DNA from: Candidatus Bathyarchaeota archaeon | Lineage (GTDB): Archaea > Thermoproteota > Bathyarchaeia > Bathyarchaeales > Bathycorpusculaceae | Direction of reading: 5' to 3' | Assembly (NCBI GenBank): GCA_963832745.1 | Contig: CAWHVC010000004.1 | Location: 32,001 to 96,000 of the forward strand | DNA: 64,000 nt | Part shown: positions 60,150 through 64,000 of the stretch, one piece after another | Position numbering within the stretch: the stretch's first letter is position 1 | Layout of the letters: each line of letters opens with the position of its first letter | Notes under the pieces: model-generated | Told to the model about the DNA's origin: nothing | The model's database searches: none | Seen by the model: only the letters and a program-made list of their open reading frames with translations | Translations under genes and position numbers: made by a program

Positions 60150-61406
60150 TTGAATTATGGGGAGTTGATTAAAATAACCATTGAATCTTTATCTTTAGAT
60201 GCTAAAGTTTATCTTCATGACATAGAAAGAGCCGACATTATCGTTGGTATTCCAAGTTTTAACAACGTGTTAACGGCTAGTTACGTGATTAGCCAAGTAA
60301 CTAAAGGTTTAGACACATATTTTCCCCAATATCGCTCTGTGGTTTTTGTTTCAGATGGAAACTCTAAAGATGATACTTTAAACTCTATCAAAAAAGTCAA
60401 TTTGCCCTCAGAAGTTAAACTGATTCCAGCAATTTACATTGGTACCTCGGGGAAAGGCAGCGCTGTTCGGGCCATTTTTGAAGCCGCTCGTTACCTGAAA
60501 GTTAAAAGTGTCGCCCTTGTTGATTCGGACCTTCGCAGCATTACTCCTGACTGGATGGATATGCTAATTACTCCAACTCTTAACGGCACCGACTTTGTTG
60601 CCCCATACTATAACCGCCGAAAATATGACGGAACTATTACCAATTTTCTCTGTTACCCCGTAATGCGTAGCCTGTTTGGGAAAGATATTCGGCAACCTAT
60701 CGGTGGCGACTTTGGCTTATCTATTGGGTTGGTTGAGAAGCTTTTAGATTCTCCTCTCTGGGATGCAAGTAATGATGTTTGCCGTTTTGGTATCGACATT
60801 TTTGAAACTTGCACAGCAGTCGCTGGAGGCTTCCGTGTTAAGCAGGCGCTTTTAGGGGTCAAAAATCATGATGCTAAGGATCCTTCGAGTCAGTTGGCAT
60901 CTATGTTTAGGCAAGTAATGAGTACAATGTTTGCTTGCATTGAGCATTATGAGTCTGTCTGGAAGAATGTTCATGGTGTTACTGGAACAGGTTTTGTTGG
61001 CGAAGCAAACTATAAAGAGATTCCAGAGACAATTGAAGTTTCGCTTAAAGAAACAATAGATGCTTACAGTGCCAACTATGACGGTTTTACGGATGTTTAT
61101 CGAGCGGTTTTGGACAGTAGTCTTGTTGGCAAGTTTGAAGAGTTAAAACAAATAGAAACTAAAGCGGTTGATTTTGTGTCTGAAGATTGGGCAAAAACCG
61201 TTTACTCCTTCATAGCTGCTTACCACAAAACCCCTCCAGATGGCAGAGCTAAACTGATTGATGCGTTGCGTGTGCTTTGGATTGGCAGAGTCGCAGTTTT
61301 TCTAAAGGACACTTGGACTGAAACTCGTGTGGAAGCAGAGGCAAAAATTGTCTCCGAAGCCAAGGTTTTTGAAAACTTGAAGGATTACTTTGTGAAAAAA
61401 TACTAA
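60150..61406 (+). CDS. Single-step glycosylglycerate synthase-like glycosyltransferase (Ggs/MgS family)
   Basis: VGIPSFNN, SDGNSKDDT, GKGSA, VDSDLRSI, KYDGTITN, RQPIGGDF, FGIDIF, HDAKDP...L..MF. Confidence 0.75.
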   Translation: MNYGELIKITIESLSLDAKVYLHDIERADIIVGIPSFNNVLTASYVISQVTKGLDTYFPQYRSVVFVSDGNSKDDTLNSIKKVNLPSEVKLIPAIYIGTSGKGSAVRAIFEAARYLKVKSVALVDSDLRSITPDWMDMLITPTLNGTDFVAPYYNRRKYDGTITNFLCYPVMRSLFGKDIRQPIGGDFGLSIGLVEKLLDSPLWDASNDVCRFGIDIFETCTAVAGGFRVKQALLGVKNHDAKDPSSQLASMFRQVMSTMFACIEHYESVWKNVHGVTGTGFVGEANYKEIPETIEVSLKETIDAYSANYDGFTDVYRAVLDSSLVGKFEELKQIETKAVDFVSEDWAKTVYSFIAAYHKTPPDGRAKLIDALRVLWIGRVAVFLKDTWTETRVEAEAKIVSEAKVFENLKDYFVKKY

Positions 61407-61679
61407 AAACTTTTTTCTTGTATTCCTCTTAAACTATGAATCAATTTCTGCTGGATTCCAAATTATTTTGAGCAGTTAGCCAGGTTATCGCATGTATACC
61501 GTTTGATTGTTAGTGTAGGTTAGCAGTCACAAGCATTTAACTCAGTCGATTGCTCTCTATATGGTAAATTAAATTTTGGGTATAGAACTCAAATTAGGAT
61601 AATTATCAAAAGCAATGAATCTTTTTTGAGGAGATTTTTTGAAATTGATGAAAATCGTTAAAATCAAAAAAGGTATTAG

Positions 61680-61937
61680 GTGAAAGATATGGGGTTTGGA
61701 AGTTTCATTGGTGGTTTAGGTCTCTGTGTATTAGCAGTTCTGTTTGGATTTTTTGGACTTGTAGATTTATTGGGATTTCTTATTTTTGTTCCGATAGGCT
61801 ATGTTGTTCCATTGGGAATGGGCGTGATAGTAATAGCACTCTTCTTGTTTCTATTTGGGTGGTATTCTTACAAATCGGGCAAACCACAAGGAACAATAAA
61901 TTTCGTAATCAATAGATTTAGGGTTGTTAAGTGGTGA
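61680..61937 (+). CDS. Small 2-TM membrane protein
   Basis: Two hydrophobic helices; GTG start. Confidence 0.55.
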   Translation: MKDMGFGSFIGGLGLCVLAVLFGFFGLVDLLGFLIFVPIGYVVPLGMGVIVIALFLFLFGWYSYKSGKPQGTINFVINRFRVVKW

Positions 61938-62169
61938 ATGCAGTGAATAAAGAGCTTAAAAATAAGACAGAAATATCTGAGAAGCTTCTAAAGCAAGGCT
62001 GTTCGCTCCAAGCAAAAGAGGCAATACTCAGATGGTATTCATAATGGGCTATGTTTTTCTCTATATTTTGAATACTTTTGAGCTATCTTAATCGTTTAAT
62101 GTATGCTCGAACTGACTTTCTTTAAAATATGTTTAATTATTTTTCAGCCGTTGAGTTGCTACTGTTTAT

Positions 62170-62333
62170 CTATGCTTTTCTTTTAGCTTTTCCAGTTGCT
62201 TCTTGGATTTTGTCTTTCACTTGTTCTACTTTGATCTTAACCTGATAGTTTTTATCACCTGTGAATTTGCCTATTTCTCACGAATTTTACTTTTTGTCTT
62301 TTTAATTTTATTATTAGTTTTTTCTTTGTTCAT
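62170..62333 (-). pseudogene. CsbD-like stress protein (1-nt frameshift near 62279)
   Basis: MNKEK..KTKSKIR(E)EIGKFTGDKNYQVKIKVEQVKDKIQEATGKAKRKA*; absent from the ORF track. Confidence 0.6.
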
Positions 62334-62459
62334 TAAAAATCATCAATTTCTTGCTCTATAGGCAATTGATAAATGGGCTGTTGATGTTGGCTAACAGTCA
62401 CAAGGGCTTAACTCCTACAATGACCCTTAATAGGGTATAAGGTATTTCGTTGGGAATAT

Positions 62460-62621
62460 TTGTTAACTCTTGTCATTATTCTTGTTGTACTTTGGGCGGT
62501 TGGATTCTTTGCTTTACCTGGCATAGGTGCATTAATACACGTTTTGCTGGTAATCGCTGTAGTATTACTGCTTGTCTGGCTGCTCACGGGCAAAAATTAT
62601 GGAAATGAAATTAATCTTTAA
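62460..62621 (+). CDS. Lmo0937/DUF5670-family small membrane protein (53 aa)
   Basis: MLTLVIILVVLWAVGFFALPGIGALIHVLLVIAVVLLLVWLLTGK..; below the ORF-track cut-off. Confidence 0.75.
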   Translation: MLTLVIILVVLWAVGFFALPGIGALIHVLLVIAVVLLLVWLLTGKNYGNEINL

Positions 62622-62635
62622 GGAGATATGAATGT

Positions 62636-62851
62636 ATGTCGGTTGTAAAAATTATTGAGCTTATAGGTAGCTCACCAAACAATTGGGAAGACGCAGTTAA
62701 GAGTGCATTAGCAGAAGCTGCAAAAACAGTTCACAATATAAAATCTATCTATGTGAAGAGTTGCAAGGCCAAAATTGAAAACAATAAAATCATTGAATAC
62801 AGGGCTGTCGTCAAAATAGCTTTTGTTGTAGAGCGCGAAAAAATCAACTAA
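62636..62851 (+). CDS. Dodecin-family protein
   Basis: VKIIELIGSSP..WEDAV..A..EA.KT..I..EYR..VKIAF. Confidence 0.9.
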   Translation: MSVVKIIELIGSSPNNWEDAVKSALAEAAKTVHNIKSIYVKSCKAKIENNKIIEYRAVVKIAFVVEREKIN

Positions 62852-62875
62852 CTAGACTTTTAGGGGCTGAATCAA

Positions 62876-63190
62876 TTGGTAAATTGTGTAAACTGTGGAG
62901 CAGAACTGCATGAAGGATTCAAATTTTGTTCAAACTGTGGGACTCCAATAGGTGTAAAAGAAGAGTTTACAGTGCCTTCAGAGGATCTTGTTGCGAAAAT
63001 CAAGGAACTATTCCATGAAGGGGATATTTCAAGAATCATAGTGAAGGACGAGAACAGCAAAACTCTCTTAGAGATACCCGTGTGGGCGGGCATTGTAGGA
63101 ACAATACTGGCTCCATGGTTAGCGGCCTTGGGTGCAATAGCAGCTTTAGCAACAAAATGCACTGTCACTGTTATTAGGCAAAAAAGTTAA
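62876..63190 (+). CDS. Zinc-ribbon plus DUF4342 protein
   Basis: CVNCG..FCSNCG; EEF.V..LVAKIKEL.HEG..RIIVK..LLEIP..AP.LAALGAIAAL. Confidence 0.85.
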   Translation: MVNCVNCGAELHEGFKFCSNCGTPIGVKEEFTVPSEDLVAKIKELFHEGDISRIIVKDENSKTLLEIPVWAGIVGTILAPWLAALGAIAALATKCTVTVIRQKS

Positions 63191-63381
63191 CGCACGTGTT
63201 AGGTATTAGAATCTTGGGCTTGTCTTTGTAATCTTGATAGTAGTTTGGTTTTTTATTTGGAAAAAACTTTGGAATTAACTATTCCATTTTTAAGTTGCCA
63301 GTGTTACCTTGCAAGTAAAGAAATTATTTTTAAACCCAAATCCCCAGTTAATTAGTAACCAGAAACAAAAGCTGAGGCAAA

Positions 63382-63996
63382 ATGTTCTTTAAACAAATTC
63401 AGCAGCATGGCGATAATTTTTCTTACATTATAGCAGACGAGTCCACTAAAGAAGCTGCAGTTGTTGATTCCAGTTTTAACGCAGCCGAAATTATTGGTGA
63501 ACTAAAAGCGCAAGGTTTCACTCTAAAGTACATTATAAATACTCATGGGCACTCTGACCATACTGCGGGTAACTATGAGCTTCATGCAGCGTTTGGCGCA
63601 AAAATTGTTGCCTACCGCGATTCAAGAGCACGCTACGATATCCCCGTTGAAGATGGCGAAATCCTGCAAGTTGGTGGTATCCAAATTAAAGTGATTTATA
63701 CGCCTGGTCACACAACTGATGGCATAAGCTTGCTGGTTGATGGCAAAAAAGTGTTAACGGGCGACACTTTGTTTGTTGGGGAATGTGGTAGAACGGATTT
63801 TGCGGGCGGCAATACTCGTAGTATGTATGATAGCTTGTTTAACAAGCTTTTGAGGCTTGATGATCAAGTGGAGGTTTATCCGGGTCATGATTATGGTGAT
63901 AAAAAATCGTCAACTATTGGTGATGAGAGGCGCCTGAATTATACACTGAAGCCTCGCTCGGTGGAAGAGTTTATCGTGTTTATTAATGAACCCTAA
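63382..63996 (+). CDS. MBL-fold metallo-hydrolase (glyoxalase II/ETHE1-like)
   Basis: THGHSDH, TPGHT, TGDTLF..CGRTD, YPGHDY. Confidence 0.92.
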   Translation: MFFKQIQQHGDNFSYIIADESTKEAAVVDSSFNAAEIIGELKAQGFTLKYIINTHGHSDHTAGNYELHAAFGAKIVAYRDSRARYDIPVEDGEILQVGGIQIKVIYTPGHTTDGISLLVDGKKVLTGDTLFVGECGRTDFAGGNTRSMYDSLFNKLLRLDDQVEVYPGHDYGDKKSSTIGDERRLNYTLKPRSVEEFIVFINEP

Positions 63997-64000
63997 ACTT

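Overview
Archaeal chromosomal segment, most likely Bathyarchaeia (inferred from archaeal prefoldin beta, DUF3194, DHH, R15P isomerase, SMC-ScpA-ScpB, and expanded families of C-terminally anchored secreted proteins and PQQ-like propellers). No rRNA, tRNA, CRISPR array or transposase was recognised. Core genes (ECF transporter, pfdB, smc-scpA-scpB, CPA2 antiporter, R15P isomerase) alternate with accessory blocks. Many accessory or surface genes carry single-base frameshifts, probably at least partly long-read assembly errors. The best candidate for an undescribed system is a tight three-gene operon (29649-32946): a Zn-ribbon membrane protein, a 540-aa membrane protein ending in a 10-Cys (Cys-Ala)n-GGGGR tail, and a radical SAM/SPASM enzyme with a PqqD/RRE-like N-terminus. 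This suggests RiPP-style modification of the tail of a full-size membrane protein. Other highlights: a co-oriented ~50-70 bp intergenic element (6 copies) at accessory-block borders, a complete Ku/LigD NHEJ set, an S-layer-like protein with a collagen Gly-X-Y stalk, a PMT-type protein O-mannosylation cluster, a short GH3-family ligase, a tandemly duplicated ABC operon, and a glucosylglycerate/general-stress block.
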